The notes under the pieces were generated by a model that had not been told where the DNA came from, did no database searches, and was given only the letters and a program-made list of their open reading frames with translations. The position numbers were made by a program, and so were the translations under genes. DNA of 53,057 nt. It comes from Sulfurospirillum sp. GTDB lineage: Bacteria > Campylobacterota > Campylobacteria > Campylobacterales > Sulfurospirillaceae. The stretch lies in contig JALSLU010000082.1 of the NCBI GenBank assembly GCA_026988125.1, forward strand, positions 1-53,057, read 5' to 3'. Below are positions 51,348 through 53,057 of this stretch, one piece after another; positions within the stretch are counted from its first letter, which is position 1; each line of letters opens with the position of its first letter.

Positions 51348-52561
51348 AAAACACTTCCCATAGGTAGCACCCTAACTCTTTCGCCCTTTTTTATTAACTC
51401 AGACTCTTTTTCAACTCTTAGAAGTGCACTATTGTTTAACAGATTTGTTAAAATTGCGCTACTTCCTACTTTTTTACCCTCTAAATTTACATAAAATTGT
51501 CCATCTTTTAAGATCAAATTACAAGCACTGAACTCTGTAAATGGTGATCTCTTTTTATAGTCCTCTTCCATAATAGCACTAATATACCTACTTTTCGCAG
51601 GTAGCCCTTGTAGTGAACGAATAAATGGTACCACATATAAAAATGTCATAACTGCGCTACTGTATGGAAACCCGGGCAATGCAAATATAAACTTTTTTCC
51701 AGCTTTGACTATTTTTATGTGTCTTCCAGGCTTGATTGAAGCTCCGTCTACCACATACTCAACCTCTAAGCCCTTTAAAATCTCTTTTACAAAATCATAA
51801 TCCCCTACACTAACACCGCCTGTAGTTATAACTATGTCACTGTGTTCAAGAGCTTCTACAATCTTCTCTTTTATTTCATCTTTATTATCTTTGACTATAC
51901 CAACTCTTGCAGTATCTGCCCATTCATTTTTTACAATAGCTTCAATTGTTACATGGTTTGAACTTCTAATTTGAGCATTGCTAAATTTTTCTTCACCAAT
52001 ATCTAAAATTTCACTACCTGTTGCGATTATACTAACTTTGGGTCTATCATAAACTGCTACTTGAACAAATCCTAGCTCTGCTAGAACTCCAATTTCACTA
52101 AAACCAATCTTACAACCCCGTTCTATTAGGACTTCACCTTTTTTGTAGTTTTCTCCTACCTCTCTGGTTGCAAAACCTTTACTTACAGGAGTTATAATCT
52201 TAACAGCATTGCCTTTTACTTCAACATTTTCTATAGGTATAAGAGTATCACTTCCTTCGCTCATTAAAGATCCAGTAAAAGTTTTAACACACTCTCCTTC
52301 TCCAACAAAGCTTTTAGTTTCACTACCAGCTGGAACAAAATCTTTTAGAACTAAATTAACACTTTTTTGGTCTTCCCATCTTATTGCATACCCATCCATA
52401 GCAGAAGTAACATACTCTGGTGAGTTGCTATTAGCAACTATATCTTCAGCTAAAACATAACCAAAGGCCTCTGTAATAAAAACCTTTTTTACAAGAGTTC
52501 TTAACCCTTGAATCGAATTTATCAAATCATTTATGGTTTCATCATAATCTTTAAATTTCAT
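51341..52561 (-). CDS. moeA: Molybdopterin molybdotransferase
   Basis: SAMDGYA, TGSE, TTGGVSVGDYD, IKPG and LPGFP. Confidence 0.96.
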   Translation of the reverse strand: MKFKDYDETINDLINSIQGLRTLVKKVFITEAFGYVLAEDIVANSNSPEYVTSAMDGYAIRWEDQKSVNLVLKDFVPAGSETKSFVGEGECVKTFTGSLMSEGSDTLIPIENVEVKGNAVKIITPVSKGFATREVGENYKKGEVLIERGCKIGFSEIGVLAELGFVQVAVYDRPKVSIIATGSEILDIGEEKFSNAQIRSSNHVTIEAIVKNEWADTARVGIVKDNKDEIKEKIVEALEHSDIVITTGGVSVGDYDFVKEILKGLEVEYVVDGASIKPGRHIKIVKAGKKFIFALPGFPYSSAVMTFLYVVPFIRSLQGLPAKSRYISAIMEEDYKKRSPFTEFSACNLILKDGQFYVNLEGKKVGSSAILTNLLNNSALLRVEKESELIKKGERVRVLPMGSVLL

Positions 52562-52579
52562 TTAATCCCCTCTTAATAA

Positions 52580-52845
52580 CTGACCTTACGCACTATAAAC
52601 ACACCTAGGCAGAATGAGAAAACACTATATGCAAGGCCGTTTACTTTTAGCGTAGCCAAAGCTACGGTGAAAATAAACTAACGAAGCAGATGGTTCTTTA
52701 TCATTCTGTCCTTAGGATGATAAAAGTTGCACTCTACTGCTATAGAGTCATAGCTTCATAGTAGTATAACTACAATTTTGCTATACTTCCTTGCATTAGA
52801 GTGCAACTTTTATCACCTAGTTGTGCTTATGGTGCGTAAGGTCAG
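52580..52845. mobile_element. Non-autonomous nested palindromic element (MITE-like) inserted in the 3' end of moaE
   Basis: 29-bp terminal inverted repeats (26/29 match), ATAA direct repeats at 52576-52579 and 52846-52849, two internal long hairpins. Confidence 0.8.
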
Positions 52846-53057
52846 ATAATAATCCTGCCCCTTTTAGTGGCAAACTTCTATCTTTTGCATAAACTCTTTT
52901 ACCATCAATTAAATCATATTTCCATATTGGTGCACTCGCTTTAAAATCCTCAACAAATTCATTAATAAGCCTTAGAGCTACTTTTCTTTGAGGTGAAACT
53001 ACAGCACTTATGTAGGAGCTAGTATGGTTTGGTACATCTCCCTTAGAGTGAGCCATA
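52817..53057 (-). CDS. moaE: Molybdopterin synthase catalytic subunit (5'-partial, cut by the window edge)
   Basis: AHSKGDV, SPQRK and VEDFKASAPIWKYD; upstream of moeA. Confidence 0.9.
   Translation of the reverse strand, partial: MAHSKGDVPNHTSSYISAVVSPQRKVALRLINEFVEDFKASAPIWKYDLIDGKRVYAKDRSLPLKGAGLLSDLTHHKHN

Noticed and set aside
5176-52460. Numerous 60-160 aa ORFs antisense to annotated genes
   Set aside because: They are shadow frames of well-supported genes, with Phe/Ser/Ile-rich composition and no motifs.

Overview
AT-rich core-chromosome segment of a motile Campylobacterota bacterium. Gene content and order are Sulfurospirillum/Campylobacter-like; the taxonomy is inferred. It holds about 46 CDS and one tRNA-Ala(GGC): nadA, plsY-folB, an HsrA/CosR-type regulator with an adjacent kinase, ferredoxin-ppx, bamA, tyrA, DUF748, queH-fabZ-lpxA-clpX-mreBC, carB, a NIT+CZB chemoreceptor, a long minus-strand run (lpxB-greA-argC-lpxH-cheVAW-serB-tal-pilT-rplY-pth-lptG-lysA-pheA-hisC-fliFGH-dxs-perR), surE-tcdA, a histone H1-like basic protein, a Bcr/CflA MFS and moeA-moaE. 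I saw no transposase, integrase, prophage, CRISPR or defence genes. The unexplained signal is non-coding. (1) A tandem motif at 1-167 downstream of nadA has invariant flanks around sequence-variable stems. (2) A 166-nt hairpin upstream of carB has strongly strand-biased G-U pairing. (3) A 266-bp nested element is inserted in the 3' end of moaE, and its two arms share an identically spaced motif. Two membrane-protein genes appear to need non-canonical start codons (ATC, ATT), and a 28-codon ORF fills the lpxA-clpX gap in frame with clpX. All product calls come from motif recognition by eye, not database searches.
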